This document shows, piece by piece, positions 23,794 to 33,984 of a DNA stretch of 64,000 nt. The notes under the pieces were generated by a model. The model searched no databases. It was given only the letters and a program-made list of their open reading frames with translations, and had not been told where the DNA came from. The translations under genes and the position numbers were made by a program. This stretch comes from Minutocellus sp. GHC0000111 (lineage: Eukaryota), in contig OZ361260.1 of assembly GCA_977018835.1 (NCBI GenBank), positions 2,728,001 to 2,792,000 on the forward strand, given 5' to 3'. Within the stretch, counting starts at the first letter, position 1; each line of letters begins with the position of its first letter.

Positions 23794-25577
23794 ATGACGA
23801 GAAGCAGACCACCGAGGCCGGCTAGAGGCGGCGACGACGATGGCGATGGCACATCAAGCTCTCTCCAGATGCACAATGTCACGTCATCGTCGAGTTCAGC
23901 GCGCATAGTCGGTGGCATGCCCGAGGACACGCCGCTTCTCGCCCATGGGCCAGTACCGGCACCTCCACTTGACGAGAGGTCGGCAGCAAGTTCCCGGATG
24001 AGTATGAGCTCGGCAGTCGCACCATTCCCCTGGATTCTTTCCAACTTATCCAATAGATTAATACCGGGAGACACGGAGCTGATCGATGACGGTGGGTCCT
24101 ATGCCAGCGTCGCATCTAGCATTGATGATAGTGCCGACGCCGCCGATGACCACCACGAGGCAGACGCCATGCACGAGTATGTGTATTCCAATGGACGCAA
24201 TCAATCCTTTTCACGGTCTCCAGACGGCAGCTCTCGCTGCAACAGTCGGCATCATCACGCGAAGGGGAAACATTTGCGTAGAGTTCCTACCACCCCACAA
24301 AGACGAATCTTTCTCTTTTTGACAGAACCACAGACCTCGATTGCGTCATTTATCTTCTTCGTCATTTTGGTCGTGGCCATTACATTCAGTTGTGTTTTGA
24401 TGATGCTTCAGACCATGCCTTCGTTCCAATTCAAACCTGATGATTGTGTTATATGTGGTGGGACCAATGAATACTATTCTGATAATGATGACGCTGTTTA
24501 CACAGGACCACCATTGCCAGACTTGGAGCATTTGCCCATCGATTGTGAATGTCCACCGATACCTCTTCCCTGGACGGTACTGTTGGAAGATTGCATAATT
24601 TGGTTCTTCACTGTAGAGTGGATACTACGCGTTCTCTGTTATGAACCGCCCGATTCTGGTGGCGATCACTGCCATTCTTGCCAAAAATTGTTCAAGCAGA
24701 AGATTTCATATTGCCTCGAATGGACATGTTGGATGCTCTGGCAATATTTCCCTATTACATTGAACGCTACGAGGAAACGAACGGATTGCTATCGCTTCGA
24801 TTACTTCGACTCTTTCGCGTATTCCAGCTGCTCCGTCTTGGGAAGTACAATACCACGTTCCTATCGCTGATTAATGTGCTTGTGAAATCGATATTGAGTT
24901 TCAATATTCTTCTTATTGTTTTGGTATTTGGTGCTGCATTTTTTGGAAGCATGATATACTGGATGGAAAAGGGGACATGGAAGTATACCACGTATACCGA
25001 TCCACCATCCTTTGCCTATATGAGGATTGGCGCCGATGGCGAGACAGAAGAGCCCACGCCCTTCACAAGTATCCCAGCAGCATTTTGGTGGTTCATTGTG
25101 ACCGCGACAACAGGTGAGATGTGGCATATGTATATTATTCTGATTTCGACATTGTCATTATTTATGCAAAGTTTCACACCGAATCTTAAGCATAATCTTT
25201 TTATTTTTGTGTACGGCGCAGTTGGCTACGGTGATACTTATCCAACCACATTCGGAGGAAAATGCGTTGCTGCCATGGCCATGATGATGGGGGTTTTAGT
25301 CATTGCCTTTCCAGTCTCTGTCTTTTCTGATCTTTGGAGCAAAGAATTGAAGGAACAAGGCGTCTTGAATGAGCTTGAATTACAAGAGTTGCCCTCAAGC
25401 AATGAGGACGAGAAAGGTTGCAATAAGAGACAGGAAGTTTCCAGCTTGGGACACTCAGCAAATTCTGGACATGTCTTGGTTAGCAAGGCCGATTTGAGCT
25501 TAATTAATATGCGAATGATGCAGATTGACGAAGCCCAAAATGAAATACGAAGGATACTGGCAAAATATAGCGACTAA
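23794..25577 (+). CDS. Voltage-gated potassium channel (Kv-like); frameshift near 24700, intron 25114-25221
   Basis: 'FFTVEWILR', S4 'LRLLRLFRVFQLLRL', pore 'FTSIPAAFWWFIVTATT|VGYGD', S6 'VIAFPVSV'. Confidence 0.92.
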
Positions 25578-25695
25578 GAAACGGTTGGCTAATGGTAACT
25601 TGATCCTATCTATCTTTTATAGTACAAGCGTTGCGTCGCTTGATTTTGTTCCACACTCTTCTCTACCGGTAGCAAGTTAAGATAAAGTGTCATTA

Positions 25696-27210
25696 TCATC
25701 GGCGACGTGTCGATGCAACCCGAGCCTGTATTACTTGTTGTTGCCTCTCAAATGTAGACTTCGTTCGTTCCTCTTTTGTCCGTCTTTGTTTTATTGGTGA
25801 AGACGATCGAGTAGTAGAGACCGGGCCGCGTGAGTCTCGAGGACTAGCCACCCGTGCACGACGGACATCTTCCTGACCGAGAATTGGGCCCATTCTTCCA
25901 CTGCCCTTCTCAACTTTCACATTAAGCAACCTTTTTGTTGGCGGGGGAGAGGGCAACATTCGTTCATCTCTTCCCTGGCGCATGTCCTTGGCATACATTG
26001 CCTGGCCCTGGCCCTGGCCTTGCCCTTGCAAATGGCCTTGGCGGCTATTTCTCAAAATTCCAGGCGGACCGGGTCTTCTTGCACGAACAGGACTTGCTCC
26101 GGTGTCCTCAAAGCGAACCGGCCTCGCTGATCGCCCAGCACGAGGCGACGATGACTTTCCATTCGACATTGGCGCTACGTCAAATTCATCTGATGAGCAA
26201 GAACTGGCGCTGATGGGACCAGTACCAGCAAATCGAGCCGATCTTTGAAGCCGAGGGCTTTTAGATGCAAGGGTTAAAAAGTTTCGCAATTCCTTGATGA
26301 ATTGCCTGGGCTGATGCAATTCAATATCATTGTGTCCAAGATTTTTCGCCCAGAATGGTGGTGCACGATACTTTGGAGGCAATGCTTCATAAAGTTTCTT
26401 TCCATGATGGAACGGAACGACAGCATCTTCAGTTCCATGGATTACAAAGACTGGGCACCTGTTGTTTGCGAAAGTGCGATAGAGAAAAGATGGAAGCGTT
26501 AGTTTGAAGGACAGAGGAATGAATTGAATTGCAAAATATAAATGCCGAAGTATCAAATACATGTAGCAAACCTATCCAGCATTTCCCCTCAAATCCTTCA
26601 CGACATCAGGAGGGAAATTCACTCACCCAAGATGCTGCACACGCTCAATGTTGGGGAACAGATCTCCGTTGACCGTGAATCCCATGTCGACGACGACTCG
26701 ACATACGCTCAAGAAAGGGCTATGTAGGATCATACCGCCACATCTCTTCTCACTTTCGATGCCAATGAACATCTTTTCTGCCAGGTAGCAACTCGGACCA
26801 CTGACGACACTCCGTCCATACAAAATAATGGATGCTGGTTCAATATCTTCGACATCGGTCAGATGATGGTACGCCGCCTCAATGTCAGCATAGCAATGCT
26901 CTTCACTTGGCGTGAAGGCCCATCGTTCCACCTCGTTGGCGACATTGGCCAAACCGTAACCCGTGTAGTCGTATGCCATGATGTTTACCTTCAATAAGCG
27001 CGACAGTTCCTTCAAATACTCGTAGAGCATCCCCAGATCTTCGGCATTGCCATGGCTGTAAAGTATTGTAAAACGACCGGGGAAGCGATTGATGTAGAAA
27101 GCCGGAATACGACTTCCGAGTCGAGTCTCCAACCAAAACACCTTGGAGCGGGCTATCGGAGTGGGTTCCTCCGGCGGCTGGAAGAGGAATGTGCTGATGA
27201 CATCTCCCAT
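25696..27210 (-). CDS. ABHD17-like alpha/beta hydrolase (depalmitoylase family); intron 26626-26459
   Basis: 'TILYSHGNAEDLG', 'AYDYTGYG', 'YADIEAAY', 'ILHSPFLS', 'CPVFVIHGTEDAVVPFHHG', 'GHNDIE'. Confidence 0.9.
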
Positions 27211-27600
27211 ATTTTCTGGCCAACGCTGTAGCTAATATCGATTCTCCCCACAAGCAAATTGAACTCTACAAATAAGAGCTGGTTGTTGGCTTTTCAATGT
27301 GCAATGCTGATTACTTCAAGCGACAAGCAGGAGGAATTGTGCCGAGAGTACGATTAGCGGCCCTACTCCCTGGTATTATGCTTTCTCAAAGTCTTTGGCA
27401 GCGTTCCAAAGCCCATGAATTCGAGCATCACAGTCATCAAACCCACTTCTTTGACACTCTCCTCAAATCAACGGATGCGACCGCGCACTTTTCGCTTCCT
27501 TCTCGCTTCCTTCGGGCAGTTGAACAGACTCACTCGACTACACCTATCCGACTCACTCGACTCATAAGTGCAAGCAAGCAGAAATGAGAGGCCAGAGGTA

Positions 27601-27849
27601 CCCTGATTACCATAGAAAACCTGCCCGTATCTTTGAGGAGTGGTTAAAAACCTGCCTCTAATCCAGGGATAAAATCTGCCCAGTTTTGGGCAGGTTTATG
27701 GCGAATTTGTGGAGAAAACCTGCCCAAACACGTCAATTTTACGTCATTTTAGCATCAAAACCCCCTTTTTCTAAAACCTGCCCGTACCTCCAACCTGCCC
27801 TTACGAAAAAGGTAAAACCTGCCAGGCAGGTTTTCTATGGTAATCAGGG
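27601..27849. mobile_element. MITE (Tc1/mariner-like), copy 1
   Basis: 25-bp TIR ccctgattaccatagaaaacctgcc / ggcaggttttctatggtaatcaggg, TA on both sides, repeated internal AAAACCTGCC motifs; second copy at 37992. Confidence 0.92.
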
Positions 27850-27893
27850 TAGATCTACCGACCGGTAGATCTCTCTAGCTAGACTACATGCAC

Positions 27894-28565
27894 ATGTAGT
27901 AAGTCTACTGATCTACTGATTATGTCGATCCTATAAACGTCTATGTAGAAAATTGTTATACATGTAGTAAGCACTGGTAATCGATTACCGACACAGTCCC
28001 ATGGAGCTTTATGTGTGTTTACCACCCATGCTTCCTCTTGGCATCGGCTCGACTATTGGAACCCTTGACAGTGCGCTGACCGGATGGACCGACGCCACCG
28101 GCCCTGTGAGCTTCCAACACAGCCGCCTTGGCAACCAGCTGGTTGATCTGATGCTTCGATCGATGCTTCTGACTCACTTCACCTCCCACATCGACCTCGC
28201 CACCGGCACTGGGATCGCACATCCGAAGACCGGCAGCACCTGCCTTGGCGGCATTGGCCGCGGCCGTCCGGGCAGCCGCCTCGGACAGATCGGTCTCGGT
28301 GGGGGCATATGCGCCGTAGTTGAGATCGTCCTGATGGACGGTCGTGGCACGCGCATCATCGCCAAGGGCATCAAAGTTGCCAGCCCGAAGAGACCGTTCC
28401 AAATCCTTTCGCGACTTCTTGCGAGACTGTTGCGCGCCCATGGCTGCTTGCTGATGCTGCTGTGCATGCTGATGTTGTTGTTGTTGATTCTGATATTGGT
28501 ATTGCTGTTGCTGATGCTGATGCTGTTGCTGCTGAGGAGCACATGCCGCACCATGAACGGTTGGA
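27894..28565 (-). pseudogene. Direct duplicate of the 3' end and downstream flank of the PRCC-like gene (copy of 29366-30033)
   Basis: ~670 bp near-identical; 9 differences found by manual alignment; lacks the 5' half of the gene. Confidence 0.95.
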
Positions 28566-29365
28566 AGCCCCCTCCCCCCCACCACGGCAAACAGCAACGT
28601 CTCGACGACATGCCAAAGCTCAGAGACGAAAACTCCGTAAAAGACACGAAAAGAGCGACATCTCCAACCCATAGGCCATCGAGCCACCCCATCAGAAGGT
28701 AGCAACTCCAAAAAGGAGACGCCCCTTCTCAAAAGCCAAAATCTCTAGCACAGAGGACAGTTCGTAACCACCAAAATGGAGGTGAGGCTTAGTCCTTAGG
28801 GTGCAAGACGCAGGGGGTAGCCAAATATTAAGCGGAAGGCCCCTCCTTTTTCTTTTTTTTGACTTTACATTAATTTTCTTAGTGCGAATGCACCAACGTC
28901 TTTTAGACCACGATTCTGTCGGCCCAAATAGGGAGACACGGCTCCAAGCGCTAACGCGGTTTGACCTCGCACGCCCAATACGGGCAGCGATAGACAAACC
29001 TACCCCATGACACTCAGATGGTAGTGAATGGAATCAGGGTAGACATAGTTAAACCGAACCGCGGAAATCCATCAATTCGGTCGCGAGAGCGACAACGTGA
29101 AGGGAGGGCGCGGCTCCAGCTTCACGCTCGTCGGGCGGTCTCTGCGATCCGTCTGCTGCTACAGCACATATTAAGGGTAGGTGCCCGGGGCCTGGATGGA
29201 GTGACGTTTCCCTGTCCGGGCTCACGGGAGGTCCGATCGGGGTCAATGTAGTAGGTCGTCCGGGGGTACGGTACCAGCATCACTGCCTAGCAGATCACAC
29301 GAAGATAAGCCAGACTCGTCTTCTTTCCCATGCCCGTATAAACTTTGGTAGTCTAATAGAATAGA
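28566..29365 (+). mobile_element. Unclassified ~800-bp insert, possibly a 5'-truncated retroelement 3' end
   Basis: Lies between the two duplicated blocks, ends in short AATAG repeats, has a GC-rich hairpin near 29184-29229, and has no long ORF. Confidence 0.4.
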
Positions 29366-29486
29366 ATGTAGTAAGTCTACTGATCTACTGATTATGTCGA
29401 TCCTATAAACGTCTATGTAGAAAATTGTTATACATGTAGTAAGTACTGGTAATCGATTACCGATAGTCCCATGGAGCTTTATGTAT

Positions 29487-30854
29487 TTACCACCCATACT
29501 TCCTCTTTGCATCGGCTCGACTATTGGAACCCTTGACAGTGCGCTGACCGGATGGACCGACGCCACCGGCCCTGTGAGCTTCCAACACAGCCGCCTTGGC
29601 AACCAGCTGGTTGATCTGATGCTTCGATCGATGCTTCTGACTCACTTCACCTCCCACATCGACCTCGCCACCGGCACTGGGATCGCACATCCGAAGACCG
29701 GCAGCACCTGCCTTGGCGGCATTGGCCGCGGCCGTCCGGGCAGCCGCCTCGGACAGATCGGTCTCGGTGGGGGCATATGCGCCGTAGTCGAGATCGTCCT
29801 GATGGACGGTCGTGGCACGCGCATCATCGCCAAGGGCATCAAAGTTGCCAGCCCGAAGAGACCGTTCCAAATCCTTTCGCGACTTCTTGCGAGACTGTTG
29901 CGCGCCCATGGCTGCTTGCTGATGCTGCTGTGCATGCTGATGTTGTTGTTGTTGATTCTGATATTGGTATTGCTGTTGCTGTTGCTGATACTGTTGCTGC
30001 TGAGGAGCATATGCCGCACCATGAACGGTTGGAGCCGCCGTCAAACCGGGTCGAGGAACTGCAACTACCGGCGCCGCCGCTCTCCTCATTGTAGGCACCA
30101 TCGGAACAGGTGCTGGTGCTGGCGTAGGCGCAGTAGAAGATGGAGATGGATCAGCCGCGGGTTTCTTCAGATCGTCACCACTGGCACTGCTACTTGCTGC
30201 TCCTGCACCCACGCTCGGTCGGCCGGCATGAATGTCCTCCACGCCAACATCCTTCTTGGACGTGACCGTCGTCATAACGCTCATAAAGGCCATGCCCAGT
30301 TTCTCCTTCTCCTTGGGCTCATTGCTGGCTGATGTTGCCGATGCCGCCACCTTTTGGCCACCTTCACCTGGTCCCACGGACGGGGCCGACCGCAGCTCTC
30401 TCAAAAAGTCTCCCATTTCACCCGGTGTACTTCCTACATCGCTTCTCGCTGAAACTGAAGCAGCAGTATTGGTGGCCCCCTTTTGACGCTTGAGGGACCG
30501 CTTCTTCTTTTGGTTGTCGCTGCCACCATCGTCATTACCACCATTACCACCATACTCCGACGCATCGGAATCGCTGCTGTCCCCACCCCCACCGCCCTGC
30601 TCGCGGGTGAGCCGATCGAATATCTCCGGCGGCAGGACGGCCCCGAGGGAGAGGAGGCGGCGGCCCTTCTTGCTGATGCCACCACCCGTGCCACCGGGAC
30701 CGCCGGCCTTGGGCGCAGTTGTTGATGGTGCAGCAGCCGGTGCAGCAGCCGGCGCGGGGGGAAGAGCCGGGCCGGTGGCGGACTGGACGCTCGAGTCGTC
30801 GTCACTGTCGCTGCCGTCGCTGCCGCTGCTGCCGTATCCGCCGAGGAGGTCCAT
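29487..30854 (-). CDS. PRCC-like proline-rich nuclear protein
   Basis: 'MDLLGGYGSS' start, low-complexity middle, C-terminal 'HRSKHQINQLVAKA...AKRKYGW' typical of the PRCC domain. Confidence 0.75.
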   Translation of the reverse strand: MDLLGGYGSSGSDGSDSDDDSSVQSATGPALPPAPAAAPAAAPSTTAPKAGGPGGTGGGISKKGRRLLSLGAVLPPEIFDRLTREQGGGGGDSSDSDASEYGGNGGNDDGGSDNQKKKRSLKRQKGATNTAASVSARSDVGSTPGEMGDFLRELRSAPSVGPGEGGQKVAASATSASNEPKEKEKLGMAFMSVMTTVTSKKDVGVEDIHAGRPSVGAGAASSSASGDDLKKPAADPSPSSTAPTPAPAPVPMVPTMRRAAAPVVAVPRPGLTAAPTVHGAAYAPQQQQYQQQQQQYQYQNQQQQHQHAQQHQQAAMGAQQSRKKSRKDLERSLRAGNFDALGDDARATTVHQDDLDYGAYAPTETDLSEAAARTAAANAAKAGAAGLRMCDPSAGGEVDVGGEVSQKHRSKHQINQLVAKAAVLEAHRAGGVGPSGQRTVKGSNSRADAKRKYGW

Positions 30855-31249
30855 GGTTGATGGTTGGCCGTTCACCGTTCACTGCCGCGCCGTTCACTCG
30901 TTCACTCGCTTTATGTGATTCCCCCCAAATTACCCCTGTATGAAAAACCAGCACATCATTGCCATCGGCGGCCGGCATTGCTTTGTTCGCGTAACGGCCG
31001 GTCTGCAGGTCCCTGCTAAAGCGACGACCACCGCCTCACCAGTACCTACCTCATTGGTGTTTATTGCGTTGCAAAGGGTCGTCGGTATCCGGATTGTGGC
31101 TTTCTGCTCGAAAATCTGGGTCAGATTTTGTCAATTCTCAAAAAACGAGCACACATCCCAATTGCAGTCGGTGTTTCGTTGGAACCAACCCAACAAACCA
31201 CCGCCGAGCATATTAGTTCGATAATTTTATCAACACATACATTGGAATC

Positions 31250-33874
31250 ATGTCCGTTCCAAATCCAGCCTGGGCCAACCCCCATGCGACGCAGACGCCG
31301 ACGCCGACGCATCTGCCGGGCCATGCGCCGCCGTCGGCCGCCGCCCCCTCGCCGCACATTGGAGGAGTCGCGACGGCCGTGAGCGCCGCCGGACCTCCCG
31401 GCGTGGGCGGCCCACCGGGAGCGGGAGCGCCCGGTGTCGGAGCGCCCGTGCCGGATTCCTACTTCACCGAATCGCGCAAGGGAGAGGTCAATGAATTGCG
31501 CAACCTCCTGCGCAACTTCAACATCGAGCGCGACCAGCGGCGGAAGCGCGAGATCATCAAAAAGGTCATCGCCTACATGACCCTGGGCATCGACGTCAGC
31601 CGTCTCTTCACCGAGATGATGCTGGCCATCGAAACGCGCGACCTGGTCATCAAGAAGATGGTCTACCTCTTCCTTTGCAACTACGCCACGGCCAACCCCG
31701 AGCTGGCCCAGATGTGCACCAACACCCTCCAGAAGGATTGCGGCAACGACGATCCCATGGTCCGGGGCCTGGCCCTCCGCTCTCTGTGCAGTCTCCGCCT
31801 GCCGCAGATGGTCGAGTACATCCACGAACCGCTCCGCCGGTCTCTCACGGACTCGCACGCCTACGTCCGCAAGACGGCCGTCATGGGGACGCTCAAGATG
31901 TACTACCTCGACCAGGAGTCCTTCGAGCGGGCCAACTTCGTCGACACGCTGTACGATATGCTCCGCGATCCCGATGCCAGCGTCGTTTCCAACTGCATCC
32001 TGGTCCTCAACGAGATTATGGCCGGGGGGGACAACGGTGGTATGGCCATCAATCGGGCCATCATGCTCCATCTGCTGAATCGCATCCACGAATTTTCCGA
32101 CTTTGGCGTACTGGCCGTCCTCGAACTGGTACCGAGGTACATCCCCGCCAATGACGAGGAGGGATACCAGATCATGAACCTCCTCGATCCCGTCCTCCGT
32201 ACCAACAATGCCGGTGCCTTCGTGGCCACCGTCAGGGCCTTCCTGAGCTTGGCCGAGTCCATCGGCGGCAATGACGTCGAGGGGATGAGACGGCAGGTCG
32301 TCGGTCGCATCCGTGCCCCCCTTGTCACCCTCGTCGCCGGCAGTCCGCCCGAGCAGGTCCACTGCCTCCTCCGTCACGTCGATTCCCTCGTCGAGCTCTG
32401 TCCTGGCATCTTCGACGACGAGTACCGCCAATTCTACGTCCGGTACACCGAACCCAGCCACATCAAATACCTCAAGATTGCCATCCTCCCCAAGCTGGCC
32501 AACCCCGACAATGCACCCGACATTGTTGCCGAGCTCGGAGAGTACGCAGCCGATGCTGATGCGCAGATGGGCCGCATTGCCATCCGCTCCATGAGTCGCA
32601 TCGCCGTTCGGGACATCGGCGGAGAGGGATCGGTCCCCAGCATCACCCGTCGCCTCGTGGATATGCTGGACCTCGACGTGTCTCACGTTGCCTCCGAGGC
32701 TGCCTCGGTCTTGGTCGATGTGCTGCGGAAGCATCCCGACATGATGACACTGATTGCACCTCCCCTTCCCCGGGCGGTCAAGTACTTGACCGAGCCCAAG
32801 GGCAAGGCTGCGATGATCCATCTGCTCGGAGAGTGCGGAGAGGTCGTGCCGGAGGCCCCGTACAGCCTTGAGAAGCTCATTGACAAATACGATGACCTTG
32901 GTGATGCCGGAGTGAAGATTGCTCTGCTGGAGAGCACCATGAAGCTACTGTTCAAGAGGGCGCCGGAGGTCCAGCGGATGCAGGGCAGACTGCTGGCGAA
33001 GGCGACCGAGGATGTGAGCAATCAGGATTTGCACGACCGTGCCCTTTTGTACTATCGGTTGCTCCGATCGTCGGCCGACCCCAAAATGGTGGAAAAGATC
33101 GTCATAACATCGCACACCCTGCAGGGCAACGCGCTCTTTTCGGAGGACGATGACAAGGAAGTTCGGGAAGAGTTGATGAAGGAATTTGACAGTCTCAGCA
33201 TTGTTTACGGCGCCAAGAGTGACAACTTCATTGCCAAGGAATTTCAGGTCAAATTTGTTCGGATGCCAGCGGAGCATCCACTTGAGTCAGCTGCACCGGT
33301 GGTCGATCCTGGAGTGAACGCTGTGGCGGATCAAATGCAGGAAGCCAATCTGCTTGACGATACCCCAGTACCAACGACCAATGGTTCAGCAGCCGCAGCA
33401 CCCGCACCGGCGTCGGATTGTGTTATGGACCTACTTGGCTTCGATGCTCCTGCCCCGGCTCCTGCCCCGGTGGCTTCATCTGGATCGTTCGAGCTGGATC
33501 CAACCGTTACCCTGTCTGGAGAAGAGTATCAATCGAAATGGGGTGCTGTTGCCGACTCTGATGCCACTGTAATTGTTATTCCTCTCAAAGCTTTGCCGCC
33601 ATCAACAGACGCTGTGGAAGGACCGCTCGGTGGAGCTGCAGTATCAACCGTGGCGAGTGGAGATTTGCCAACAGAGATTAAGTTCTTTCTGTATTCCAAG
33701 GAAAAGGCCGGAAGCGGAACCACATTCCTCATCCAATCCAGCGTATCAAAGGACCCGACCAATCTGACCATGACAATGACCGTCAAATGCAGTGGCGGCG
33801 ATCCCGCAAGCAACGCAGACAAGGTTAGCATGCTCGACGGCATCATCCGATCCACCCTAAGTGCCTACGTATAG
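31250..33874 (+). CDS. AP4B1: Adaptor complex beta subunit, AP-4 beta type
   Basis: 'KKVIAYMTLGIDVS', 'DLVIKKMVYL', 'NTLQKDCGNDDPMVRGLALRSLCSLR', 'DLHDRALLYYRLL'; 874-aa ORF. Confidence 0.88.
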   Translation: MSVPNPAWANPHATQTPTPTHLPGHAPPSAAAPSPHIGGVATAVSAAGPPGVGGPPGAGAPGVGAPVPDSYFTESRKGEVNELRNLLRNFNIERDQRRKREIIKKVIAYMTLGIDVSRLFTEMMLAIETRDLVIKKMVYLFLCNYATANPELAQMCTNTLQKDCGNDDPMVRGLALRSLCSLRLPQMVEYIHEPLRRSLTDSHAYVRKTAVMGTLKMYYLDQESFERANFVDTLYDMLRDPDASVVSNCILVLNEIMAGGDNGGMAINRAIMLHLLNRIHEFSDFGVLAVLELVPRYIPANDEEGYQIMNLLDPVLRTNNAGAFVATVRAFLSLAESIGGNDVEGMRRQVVGRIRAPLVTLVAGSPPEQVHCLLRHVDSLVELCPGIFDDEYRQFYVRYTEPSHIKYLKIAILPKLANPDNAPDIVAELGEYAADADAQMGRIAIRSMSRIAVRDIGGEGSVPSITRRLVDMLDLDVSHVASEAASVLVDVLRKHPDMMTLIAPPLPRAVKYLTEPKGKAAMIHLLGECGEVVPEAPYSLEKLIDKYDDLGDAGVKIALLESTMKLLFKRAPEVQRMQGRLLAKATEDVSNQDLHDRALLYYRLLRSSADPKMVEKIVITSHTLQGNALFSEDDDKEVREELMKEFDSLSIVYGAKSDNFIAKEFQVKFVRMPAEHPLESAAPVVDPGVNAVADQMQEANLLDDTPVPTTNGSAAAAPAPASDCVMDLLGFDAPAPAPAPVASSGSFELDPTVTLSGEEYQSKWGAVADSDATVIVIPLKALPPSTDAVEGPLGGAAVSTVASGDLPTEIKFFLYSKEKAGSGTTFLIQSSVSKDPTNLTMTMTVKCSGGDPASNADKVSMLDGIIRSTLSAYV

Positions 33875-33984
33875 TTTCGAGCTTCTCTGGAGAGATGACT
33901 GCATTTCCACGATACGAGCATTTTGCCATAAACATATTTTAAAAGTACAGTAGAACTAGCTAGACGGCTCTGTCTAGTATCTTA

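Noticed and set aside
26795..26818. ABHD17 nucleophile motif reads GRSVV instead of GxSxG
   Set aside because: A single base (GTC vs GGC) in an error-prone assembly; not enough to claim inactivation.
28566..29365. Hammerhead ribozyme or rRNA fragment in the insert
   Set aside because: No complete CUGAnGA...GAAA core found by eye, and the short 'atattaagcgga' resemblance to LSU rRNA does not extend.
31121..32821. 566-aa antisense ORF, and similarly 18454-19656
   Set aside because: Shadow ORFs caused by GC3-biased codon usage of AP-4 beta and CCT6 on the opposite strand.
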